Positions 43,451 through 55,292 of a stretch of DNA of 64,000 bases are shown here, one piece after another. The first letter of the stretch is position 1. Each line of letters begins with the position of its first letter. Under the pieces are notes generated by a model that had not been told where the DNA came from, did no database searches, and saw only the letters and a list, made by a program, of their open reading frames with translations. The position numbers and the translations under genes are program-made. The DNA lies in assembly GCF_009914755.1 (NCBI RefSeq), contig NC_060939.1; one strand, written 5' to 3'. This DNA is from the human T2T-CHM13v2.0 reference genome, Homo sapiens.

Positions 43451-46400
43451 GAATTCTGGAGCCACAAGGGAGAGATCTAGAGAGAGAGAGGTCAGGAAAG
43501 GTCAAGGAAAATTGGGGTATGACTTGACCACCCAGGGGTCAAGTAGAAACAAAAACAGTGACCAGTGTGTGGATCTTGGTGGTACTACCAAATTGCTGCC
43601 AACTTCAATGCTTGATTTGGGATATCAACCTAAATGCTTTTGCCTCTGGCAGGGCTACACCCAACCCAGCAAAGCAGCCACATAAACCTGTGTATGCTAG
43701 GCCACTAAGGCACTCACAGGCATCACTGATGTGATGTTGAATACAGCTGAAGAAACTTCATAGAGACTACACTACTGCACCCACCTGCAATCAAAGCCAA
43801 TGCACCCTACCCAATTGACATCCTAGGAGACATCTGCAGCCAAAACCTTTCCATATGACAGCTACTCATTAAATTGGAAAAGATGAGGTGACCATTCAAC
43901 TAGATGCACAATTATCAATACAGAGACACAAGAAATATGAAAAAGTAAGGAAACATAATACCATTAAGGAAACACAATAATTCTCCAGTAACTGTCTCCA
44001 AAGAAAGGCACATTTATGAATTGCCTGCAAAAGAATTCAGAATAATAATCTTAAGGAAACTTAGTGAGATACAAGAGAATACAGACAAACAATTCAATGA
44101 AATCAGGAAAGCAATTTATGATTGGAATGAGAAGTTCAACAAAGATAATGATATCATTAAAAAAACAAACAGAAGGAGCTGAACACTTCAATAAAAAAAA
44201 ATTAAACAAATAAAATTTAGAGCTTCAAAAGAAGATGAATTTAAATGGAAAAAAGAATTTCTGACCTTGAAGATAGGTCTGTTGAAATAACCCAGTCAGA
44301 GGAATAAAAACAAAAAAGAATGATAAAGGGCAAAGAATGCCTGTAAGACTTATGAGAGATACCATTAAGCAAACAAATATTCACATTAAGAAAATTTCAG
44401 AGGGAGAAGAGATGGAGAATGGCACAGAAAACTTATCTGACAAAATAATATCTGAAAAACTCCCAAGTCATGGGAGAGATATAGATATCTAGATCCATGA
44501 AACTCAAAAAATCCCAATTATATCAACCCAAAGAAGTTCTTTTTGAGGCACATTGCAATCAAACTGTCAAAAGTCAAAGGCAAAGGATTCTAACAGCAGC
44601 GAAAGAAAAACATCAAGTCACATAGAAGAGAATCCTCATTCGACTGTCAGCATATTTGTCAGCAGAAGTCTTGCAGGCCAGAAGAGAATGGGCTGATATA
44701 TTCAAAGTAATGAAAAAAAAAAAAAAACCTTCCATCCAAGAATACTACACCCAGAAAATTCTTCAGAAATGAAATAGAAATAAAGTATTTTCCAGACAAG
44801 CAAACACGGATGGAATTCACCACCACTATACTGACTTTACAAGAAATGCTTAAAGAAAAACTTTGGAAACTACACAAATACATGGAAGTTAAACAACATA
44901 CTCCTGAACAACAAATGAGTTAATGAAAAAATTAAAAAGAAAAATTTGTTGAGACAAATGAAAATGAAACATAACATCTCCAAACTTACATGACACAGCA
45001 AAAGCAGTTCTAAGAGGAAAATTGACAGGCAGTTAATGCCTACATCAAAAAATTAGAAGTGTCTCAAATAAGCAATGTAACATTGCACCTCAGGAGTTAG
45101 AAAAACAGAATAAATGAAAAACAAAAATAGAGAGAAATAATAATCATCAATGCAGAAATAAATAAGTGGAGACAAAAAATATGAAATGATGTAAATATAA
45201 TATATAAAACAATATAAATACAAAATAAAGAGTTTGTTTCTTGAAAAGATTAACAAAATTGATAAACTTTTAGCTAAATTAAGAAAAAAAGAGAGATGAT
45301 TCAAAACATAAAATCAGAGGTGAAAAAGAAGACATTATAACTGATATGACAGAAATACAAATGATCATATGAGACCATTATGAACAACTATTTGCCAATA
45401 AATTGGAAAATCTAGAAGTAACGGATAAATTCCTGAACACAGGAAACCTGCCAAAATTGAATCATATAGAAATAGAAAATCTGAACAGACCAATAAAAAG
45501 TAACAGGGTGAATCAGTAAAAGAAATAAAGAAAAAGTCTCCCATTAAAGAAAAGTCCAGGATCTGATTGCTTTACAGCTGAATTCTACCAAATAGTTAAG
45601 GAAGAAAGAAATTATATCAATCCTTTGCAAATTATTTCAAAAAAATTGAAGAGGAGGGAATTCTTCCAAATTCATTCTATGAGGCTAGCATTTACCCTGA
45701 TACCACAACTAGACAAGGACGTAACAATAACAACAACAAACTACAGGTCAGTATTCCTGACTAAAACAGATGTAAAAATTCTCAACAAAATAATAGCAAA
45801 CTGAATTCAGTAGTACATTAAAAAGATTATTCACCATGATCAAGGTGGTTTCATCCCAGAAATGCAAGGATGGTTCAACATATGCAAATCAATAAACATG
45901 ATACATCACATTAACAGAATCAAGAACACAAATTGTGTGATCTAGTCAATAGCTGCAGAAGATGCATTTGATAAAATTCAACATCCATTCACAATAAAAG
46001 CCTCCCAAAAATTAGGTATAGTAGAAATTTACCTAAGCACAATAAAGGCTATATATGACAAAGAAAGCTTTTTCTGTAAGACCTGAAAGAAGACAAAGAC
46101 ACCTACCTACTTTCACCACTTTAATTCTACACAGTACTGGAAGTTTTAGCCCAAGCAATTAGAAGAGAGATAAATAAAGGGCTTCCCAATTAGAAAAGAG
46201 GAAGTCAAGTTGTCCCTGTTTGCAAACAACATGATCTTATGTGCCAAAAACACTAAGAACTTCACCAAAAAACCCGAGTTAGAACTAATAAATAAATTCA
46301 GTAAAGTTGGAGGATACAAAATAAACCTACAAAAATCAACAGCATTTCTATACACCAATAACAAAGTATCTGAAAAAGGAATAAAGAAAGCAATCCCATT

Positions 46401-46622
46401 TACAATAGCTATTAAAAATACCTAGGAATAAATTTATCCAAGGAGGTGAAAGATCTCTACAAGCAAAGAAAACTATAAATTATTGGTGAAAGCTATTAAA
46501 GAGGAAACAAATAAATGAAAAGATATTTCATTTTCATAGACTGGAAGAATAGTCTGAAGTTGTTCATACTACCCAAAGCAGTAGTACAGATTCATTGCAA
46601 CTGCTGTCAAAATACCAATAAT

Positions 46623-46922
46623 GTCTGGGCATGGTGACTTGCCCGGTAATCCAAGCCTTTTGAAAGACCAAGGCAGGGAGGATTGGTTGAGCCCAGGAGT
46701 TTGAGAGCACTTGAGGCAACATAGAAAGAGCCCATCTCTACAAAACAAAACAAAAAATAATTAGTCCCAGCTACTGTAGTCACACCTACTTGGGAGACTG
46801 AGGTGGGAAGATTGCTTGAGCCCAGGAGTTCCAAGCTACAGTGGGATAGAATTGCACCACTGCGCTCCAGCCCAGGTCAAAGAGCAAGACCCCATCTCAA
46901 AACAAACAAACAATCAAAAAAT
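46623..46922 (+). mobile_element. AluJ SINE nested in L1
   Basis: Two ttgagcccaggag motifs; TSD aaaataccaat(a/g)a. Confidence 0.9.
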
Positions 46923-47308
46923 AAAATACCAATGACATTATTCAGATAAGCAGAGAAAACATTCCTAAAATTTGTATAGAATCACAAAAGATCTTCAATA
47001 TAGACATAGCAACCTGGAGGTAAAAGAACAAAGCTGGAGGCATCACACTACCTTACTTTAAAAAATATAATACAAAGCTATATTAATCAAAACAACATGG
47101 TATTGGCATAAAAATAGACACATAGGTCAATGGAACAGAATAGAGAACACAGCCATCTGATTTTCAAGGAAGGCACCAACACCACACTTTGGGGAAAGGA
47201 CAGTCTCTAATAAATAGTGCTGGGAAACGTAGATATCTACATAAAGAAGAAGATGACTAGACTCTGTTTCTCACCATATTAAAAAATCAAATCAAAATAG
47301 GTTAAAGA

Positions 47309-47607
47309 AGCAGGGCACAGTGGCTCATGCCTGTAACCCCAGCACTTTGGGAGGCTGAGGTGGGTGGATCACTTGAGGTCAGGAATTCAAGACCAGCCTG
47401 GCTGACATGGCAAAACCCTATCTTTACTAAAAATACAAAAATTAGCTGGGTGTGGTGGCAGGTGCCTGTAATCCCAGCTACTGGGGAGGCTGAGGCAGGA
47501 GAATCACTTGAACCCAGGGGGCAGAGGTTGCAGTGAGCCAAGTTTGCTCCACTGAACTCCAGCCTGGGTGACAGAGTGAGACTCTTCCCCCTCCCCTCCC
47601 CCCAATA
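47309..47607 (+). mobile_element. AluS SINE nested in L1, with a C-rich tail
   Basis: Full Alu body followed by ttccccctcccctccccccaataaaa. Confidence 0.95.
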
Positions 47608-50079
47608 AAAGACAAATATAAGACCTGAAAGTATAAAACTACTATATGTAGAAAAGAACGCAGGAGAAATGCTTAATGACATTTTGTCTGGGCAAAGATT
47701 TTTTTGTATAAGAACTCGAAAGTACAGGCAATAAAAGCAAAACAGACAAATGGGGTCACATCACACTAAAAGGTTTCTGCACAGCAAAGAAAACAACAGA
47801 GTGAAGAGACAACCTTCAGAATGTGAGAAAATATTTGCAAACTATGCACCTGGCAAGAGGTTTATATCAAAAACATAAAAGGAACTCAAACTACTCAATA
47901 GCAAAAAACCAAATAATTTGATTTAAAAATGGGCAAAAGACCTAAACAGCTATTTCTCAAAAGAAGACATACAAAGAAAACAAATGGCCAACAGGCATAT
48001 GAAAAAAATGTTCAAATGACTAATCATCAGGGAAATGCATATAAAAACCACAGTGAGATGTCACTTTACCCCAAATAGAAAGGTTATTATCAAGAAGACA
48101 AAAACCTAACAAATGCTGGCAAGGAGGTGGAAAAATGGGAACCCCTATATATTGTTGGTGGAAATGTAAATTAATGCAACCATCATAATGAAAAATAATG
48201 TGGAGATTTTACAAAAAATTAAAAGTAGAACTTCTATATGATCCAGCAATCCCACTACTGGATATTTACCCAAAGAAAATGAAATCTGTATGTCAAAGAG
48301 ATGTCTGCACTCCCATGTTTATTGCAGTACTATCTGCAATAGCAAAGACATAGAGTCAATATCTTTGTGTCCATCAATAGGTGACTGGATGAAGAAAATG
48401 TGGTATATATACACAATGAAATACTATTCTGTCATAGAAAGAATGAAATTCTATCATTTGCAGCAAACTGGGTGTATGCAGAGGGTATTTAAACTGAAAT
48501 AAACCAGACACAGGAAGACTAATAATACAAGGTTGAACTCATATGTGGGGTCTATAAGGATGCTCTGATCTTGGATCAAATGTGTCCTGGATGGGGGAGG
48601 GGAGGGGATGGGCCAGTTTATTGACATTTCTTGAGTTCCAGGTTGTTCTATTTTCTGGGAATGCAGCAGTGAGCAATGCAGCAGCAAATTCTGCCCTCCT
48701 AGAGCCTACATCCAAAGGATCTTCAGTCACATGGGGACTACTGTAAAAACTTCTTCCCTATGCTTCTAGAAACATCTTACAACAATAGCATTTGTCACAC
48801 CAAGCCGCAGAGAGCCCTGGTATGCAACTGTGAACAGCAGCCCTATCTCCGGTCTTCCTTTTAGGTGAAATTTCATGCTCACCTATTGGAAGCCATATTG
48901 TTTCCATGGCTCTCCAATTTCCTTTATTAGATGCTGACTTTGAGCATCAGTTTCTAACATGACCTAGGGAGGGGAAATGGATACACATAGCCTGTTACCA
49001 GTCTGCAAGGGAAGTATCCCATCTGGACAGTTCTCCAGGCTAATGCCCACCGTCACCTTCCTCACCAGGGAGCCTTGTAGACAACTTACTTATTGGCTGG
49101 CCTGTATACCCTGAGAAATAATTGTCATAAAGCAAACCTTTCAGAAAAGAAGTACATACCCTCTAAGGAAGAAATGGTCCATGGATTTGGGCTGGCAACT
49201 TGTGAACAAGGTAACATCACTTCCGTATGTCTCCTGCAAAGCCCCGAGAAACTCATGCTGCTCACATCAGGACTCTGGATATTATATGATTTGCTGCTCA
49301 GTGGGAAGACATTTAAAATTCCTGAAGGAAAGTACTTGGCATCAATAATCTCAAGTGTGTGCTACACAGTAGGATGGAGAGCAGAGAGCTGTTTTGCTCA
49401 GGGCTCTTCTCATGTGGTGTGTTGTGTGTGGCTGTGCAGCTGTTGTCCTGCATTTTCTGCAGCTATGTAGAACAAGAGACCCAGGGTGGTGGGAAGAAGG
49501 CAGGAAACCGGTGCACTGAGTATACCCAGTGTCAGGAGCCATTCGCTCTTGGATGTCTTCACAGTTTGTTCCATGATTGAACACCACACATGAGGCCACA
49601 GTCAGTGTTCATCTATTTTGTGAAGTGCATCAGCACTACCTGTGGCTTTGAGGCTTGGGCCTTTTTCCATATCCAAGGATGGACTGTGCCTGTGCCTACC
49701 TTTGTGTCTCCAGGCAGATGCTATAAATGCATGTTCATGTATTGTCTGCATCACTAGGGGTGTCCTAGTACCCCGTGTTGAACCGTTAAGATCTTACCCC
49801 ACAATATCTGGTCAGGGAAGGAGCAGAAACTAGAATATGAGAAGTGATAAGTGACACAGTCCTTATCTCTATCTATTCAGGCCCAGCCAGGGCCATATAC
49901 AGCTAGATACTCCACTGACATTTCCAGTTATGTCTCTGCCACCCTAGTGGACTACAGGTTCTTTGAGGCTGAAATTACAACAGGTTTACTTTCATATCTC
50001 TTGAGAGTGTCTGGCTCTGCATGGGCTAAATGAATGTGTTATTATTAGTAGTAATCATAGTGGCAACAAGAGCTTTTTG

Positions 50080-50200
50080 TGTTGTGCAAAAAGTACTGAA
50101 CTAGGATCACAGCCACGTGGGTTCCGGTCCCCCCTTTGCCAGTCAAAAGCTGCTAATTTGGGCAAGTCATTTCTTCTTTGGCCTCAGTTTCCTCTTCTGA
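50080..50200 (+). mobile_element. MIR SINE fragment
   Basis: tttgggcaagtcatttcttctttggcctcagtttcctcttctg. Confidence 0.8.
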
Positions 50201-51324
50201 GGAAAAGAAAAAAAAAGTGACCCTCTGGTTTTGTTCACCTGAAATATTCACCACATTAAGCTGCAGGTCCTGATGGGAATTTGTAAATATATCAGGCTTA
50301 CAAAATTCTTAGTCTGTAAAACCAGAGAAAAAAATGAAGAGTGTCAGTGATTTAAACTCACACAGTAGACGCAATGCGCAGGCATAATGTCACAGTTTAG
50401 TTGTACAAAGTCAGTAGTTGTTAAAGATAATGACGGTCGTTAGCTCCCAGCCATCGGACCACCCTCCCCGCCAATTCCCAGCACAGGGCTAGTTGCAGCT
50501 TTGTAACTTCCCCTCCAGTTGGATTGGCTTGTCTCTTGAGTGTGACTGAGGACCGTCTTCAAAATGAATTGGAAAATTACATTCTCATTCTTCTCTCCCA
50601 GAAAAAGCAGAGTCCGCTGCGGTTCTGCGTTCACGATATGCTTTCTGAATAATAGGTGAGCTGATCCAAGACAGAGAATTGCTCTCCCTGGGCAGAGAAA
50701 CTGACTCTGTCTTCCAACAGCACTTCCGTCTCTTGCTTCTTCCAGCCCAAATGCTTTCGTACCCTGGAATCAGGGTTCAAGAAAGAGAAAGCCACATGGG
50801 TTTCCACCAACACGCCCACGCCCCTCCACTCTCAGGTCATTGTAGGAAGCCCCAGTCCTGCTTAGACCATCATTTTGCTCATAGAGGCAACTTTATAAGT
50901 CTCAGTTGTATCAATTAAAGTGCGGCTATGTGAGAGAGGCTGCCTTTTCTTTCTAAGGTCTCTTACTGGGTGAAATATGGACTTCTCTACGACTCTTGGC
51001 CCACCTCTGGGCTCTCTGTGCCTCTCTCATCTGTATCTTGTGCGTGGTTCTGCTAGTGCATGCTTAAATCACAATTTGAGTGATATGTCCCTTTGACTGT
51101 CCACTCTCTTAAGGGACAGTGAACTCCTAGGTTCCTCTAGGCGGGGAGTGAGCTTCATTCGCGTGTATGTCTTCTGTGCCTGCCACAACCCAGTAAGTAT
51201 TTATTAAACGGAGTTAATCTTTCACGCCACCCCTACAATCATCTTCCAGACTGCACTGGGGTTTGCACACCTTCTATAATCATCCTAGATTGCCTGTAAC
51301 TCTTAAAAATTTATACCTCAGTGA

Positions 51325-51398
51325 GAAAAAGAAAATACAAACAAGAGAACAATGCAGCAAGCACTCTCAGTTTCAAACAGACTTGCTTTGGTTTTATT
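51325..51398 (-). terminator. Putative Pol II cleavage/polyadenylation site
   Basis: Minus-strand AATAAA (plus tttatt 51393-51398), followed about 40-70 nt later by U/GU-rich UUGUUCUCUUGUUUGUAUUUUCUUUUUC; further AATAAA at 51599-51604. Confidence 0.6.
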
Positions 51399-52559
51399 GA
51401 GCATCTTTAAAGTACCATCAGGTGTTCTTACATGGAGAGTTATTTTTTTAACGTTAGATTATCTGCAGCCTGATCTTTATTTCTGTCTTTGTAAAATAGT
51501 GCTCTTCAATTTTTAAAGAACTTCATTTTAATTCAACCCAGTGTAGTTCCAATGTATGTATTAAATAATATAATCCTGTTATTTTGTAAATGTGGGTTTT
51601 TATTATAAACATCTGAAAGAGTCAAAACCTCTGGCACTTTTACTTTCAAGGTGTCACTGCTCTTTTATTCAAAATGAGAAGGGAAAAGAATCACCCACAT
51701 TAGACTGGTGAGATCTGACATAGCCAAAAGCCCTTTGTCTTAAGACGCCATTGGGGGTGGCTATGTAGTCAATGCTATTAGAATCCTCTTGGAGAGATCG
51801 AATAAACACATGGATGTAAAGGAACACCGCACATTTAAGTCTAGAAGGAGAGAAAGAGTTAAGTGACCATCACCAATTACAGCCTCGGAGGGGGTGATTA
51901 AGATCCACATTGCAGGGAGGTTTTTAATTTAGCTGCCTAGAGAAGCCACCCCCAGTTGTGCCAGGCTCATCAGATCACACACACGGCTCCATCCCTTCAC
52001 CCTGCTCTGCCACTCGGAGCAAATGTATCAGAAAGAGCACCAAATGGATTGCGTGACTCAATACCCTTTGCCTGCATGTCTACTGGAGTGCTCCCTCACC
52101 ATTTTATTAGAGAGAAAGAAGTAGTGTATCAAGTTTAAATTAAGCAAACCAAAGTATCAAGTAGAGGAAAATTTAAAATGTGACTTTGTGCAATTTCTTG
52201 TATAAATCCTCTATTATAAACATTGGCAACAAGGTGTATAACACGTGTATAACAATCCAATGTGGCTGTGGATTGTGTTAGGGCACCGACTCTGGTTTAT
52301 GGCTATATGTACTTTCTACTACAGAATTGTGTCTCGTGCCTTTTGTCATATATTTCATCTGAAATTCATTCACCCTGCACCAATCTCTTCCTAATGCTAT
52401 GTGTAGCCCTAGTGGTAATGCATGTTATACTGATAACATGTGTGGTTGGTATGAGGAATTACTTTGAAGATGTGTGCCAGGAGTGAACTTCTTCTGGGTG
52501 ATAATGACATAGCACTATTAGGGAGAGGGACCTTCTGGTAATAATGCTAATGACCCCTT

Positions 52560-52700
52560 CCATCTTTGCACTGCTTATGATGTGCCTGGCATTGTGCTGA
52601 GTGTTTGACTGCATTATCTCTAATGCTGAAAACACCTGGCATGTGGCTTCTATTATTCCCCAGTACAATAATATTGCACATAGGTGAGAACAATGGGAAA
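52560..52700 (-). mobile_element. MIR SINE fragment
   Basis: atgtgcctggcattgtgctgagtgtttgactgcattatctc. Confidence 0.65.
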
Positions 52701-55222
52701 CAATGTTTGTCTATAGACATTTTCATGAATGTTACATACCACTCCTGAGGTACATAGATTGAGAGGTCTACGCATCCATTATTTATATTTATAGGGCCAA
52801 TATAATTGAACTTCATATTAGCATAAACCCAGTATAAATATTTATAAATTAATGTTTAATTAACATGTTGGTTTAAACAGGTTTCTATCTGTAATATGTA
52901 GCCCATGACATTGTAAAGTTTCAGAACTGTATACAAAATGAGCGCTTGTAAAGTTAATAAGCCTAATTTTCATTTGAAAAAAAAAAGCCAGGTATGAAAT
53001 CGGGTATGAAAAATGACTCTCTGCACCATTTCTTATGGCTTTTCTTATACTGTATTCTTGAGTACGAATGTGGGCCATAGTTAACCGTTCAAGCCCTCTT
53101 AATTAAATTAGGAATAATGAAATATTTTCAAGATTCCTATTAAGAACATTTACCGATGAGTACAGTTTATTCTTTTTAGACTAGAGCTTGACTTAATTCA
53201 ACATTCTGATTACATTGCCCTACCATAGTAGGGTGGCCTCATCAAAATAATGATAAACCTCAATTCAGTACTTTGAAAACAGCCAACTTTTCTCTTTGTT
53301 TAATAGGCTCCAAATCAGTAAACTAAATTAATCAGAAAAGTCTTTAGCTCAAGTAATGATGTGTTTTCAATTCAAATTTTTACTTTGTAAATCTATCTAT
53401 TCATCATGTGCTCCAAAGGAAGGTGCACAACAATGAGGTCATTTAACTTCAGTTCAACAAAATGTCTGAAAAGATTTGTTATTTCATCCAGACTTACTTA
53501 CTTTTGTTGACATGTAAAATATTTTTGCTCTTTAAAAGCTAAAGATTATATGTTGCAAATATACCCATACACATATGCATATATATATACACACACACGC
53601 ATGCATGCATACATGTCTACACACACATAAAATCACTCAGCATTTTAATAACATATTAGTAAAAGTTTTTTAAAAACAACTGTATTATAACCCAAGGAGC
53701 TTTTATCCTTTATGATCTCAGAAAACTCCCTCTTGATTTAATTGCCTTTTGTATTTCTGGAAGGCCCTATTCTATTTTTCATTCTAGAATATGCTTATTC
53801 ATTACTATATAATCTATTCCTCACCAAATAACTCAGATTAGTTTATAATGAAGATGTTCTAACATGAGAAAAAGTTAAAGTTAAGAAAATTGGTGTTATT
53901 TAAAAAAAATTGTATGTAACTGAAATCTAAGCAAATAAATGAGGCAGTAATTTATGATTCTCATTATGTTGTCTTTTGACAAATCTAAAAAATTTCATAA
54001 ATCATAATTCAAGTATCTGATAACTCTTCTTTGAATGTAGGGTTTGGTATAAAGGACTATTTAATGATTTCAATCTGCACATATTGGAAGATCATTAAAA
54101 TAAAACCAATATGAATTACAGTAAAAATAGATAGATTTTTTTACCCCTCCTTTAGTTACTACAAAGTGGTGGCCAATACTTTTATGTATAACAGGTGCTG
54201 GTTACAGTTTGTAAAGCTTTCAAAAGCTTTGTAAAAAGCAAGTTAGCACAGGCCACTAAAATAAAGCAAAATAGTTCCAAGTTTTAGTGCAAAATATTTT
54301 TATTTAAATATTGAGTTGTTTCCTTAAAAACTGAGCTTTTCAGGTAAGAATATATAATTTGCATCCAAATAATTCAAAACTAACAACACTAAATATATAT
54401 ATTTGATTATATTAAATTATGTCTATACCTTAGGTTTTAGAAAACATGAAAGAATTCATCTCAGTTTATGCTTAAACAGAAGACATAGTTATTATTTTTC
54501 ATAGCTTAATGCTAAAGAAACTTCACTTATAAAAAAACTATGATGGTATTTTTAAAGTTTTTAAATTTAAAATTAATATACACATTATAATGTTTCAATA
54601 TAAACAATGAGTCTTTTATTTTAGTAATTTAAATTTCCAGAAGAAATTGAAATTCTTTTTTTGCCCTTTATTTTTGCCATTTTGCAAGTAATTTTTCATT
54701 AAATCAAATACTATGTTAAATATTCTACTAATATTTGTTTAAATTCATTTTTAAGAAGTATTTTTCCTTAAGTTTTATACCTAAATGAAATAGAACTCAG
54801 AATAATGTACTTAATATTTTTATGTTTAAGTTTTTGTGACTTATTTAAATACTTGTACTGAAATTAATTGAATCAAAGTCATTGATTAGATATTTAAGAT
54901 CTATTTAAAAAGTATTAAAATAAATTATGGTAAGTAGAGTTTAACAATAACATTGCTTATTTATTTTAATATAGTAGAGCTTTATTTTCCCTTGTCAATA
55001 TTTTTATATTTATAGAAGGTTAATTTTAGACACATCTGAATATATTTCTATTTGATCGTGGACTGTAATACAATAAAAATAAAACAAATCTCATGCAGAT
55101 TTCACAATTTTTACATGGGCTGTCAGAATTAGAGGTTTTTTAAAATGATAGTATAATTTTTACATTCTAACTTATAAAAATGTGCCTTTCATATTAATAA
55201 TTCCACGTAATAAAATTTAACT

Positions 55223-55292
55223 CATATATATAAAACACACATATATATATCACATATATATATATAAAACACATATATATATCACATATATA
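55223..55292. repeat. AT/AC-rich microsatellite with a tandem duplication of about 33 bp
   Basis: tatataaaacac(ac)atatatatatcacatatata occurs twice. Confidence 0.85.

Larger units (their letters stand above)
43600..48545 (+). mobile_element. L1MA/PB-type LINE, about 4.3 kb of L1 sequence (ORF1 plus internally deleted ORF2), decayed
   Basis: ORF1-like 43900-44850; tggaagttaaacaacatactcctgaac (WKLNNILLN); ORF 46210-46425 (SLFANNMIL...ELINKFSKVGGYKINLQKSTAFLYTNN), a decayed FADD motif; ORF2 C-terminus near 48300-48480. Confidence 0.95.
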
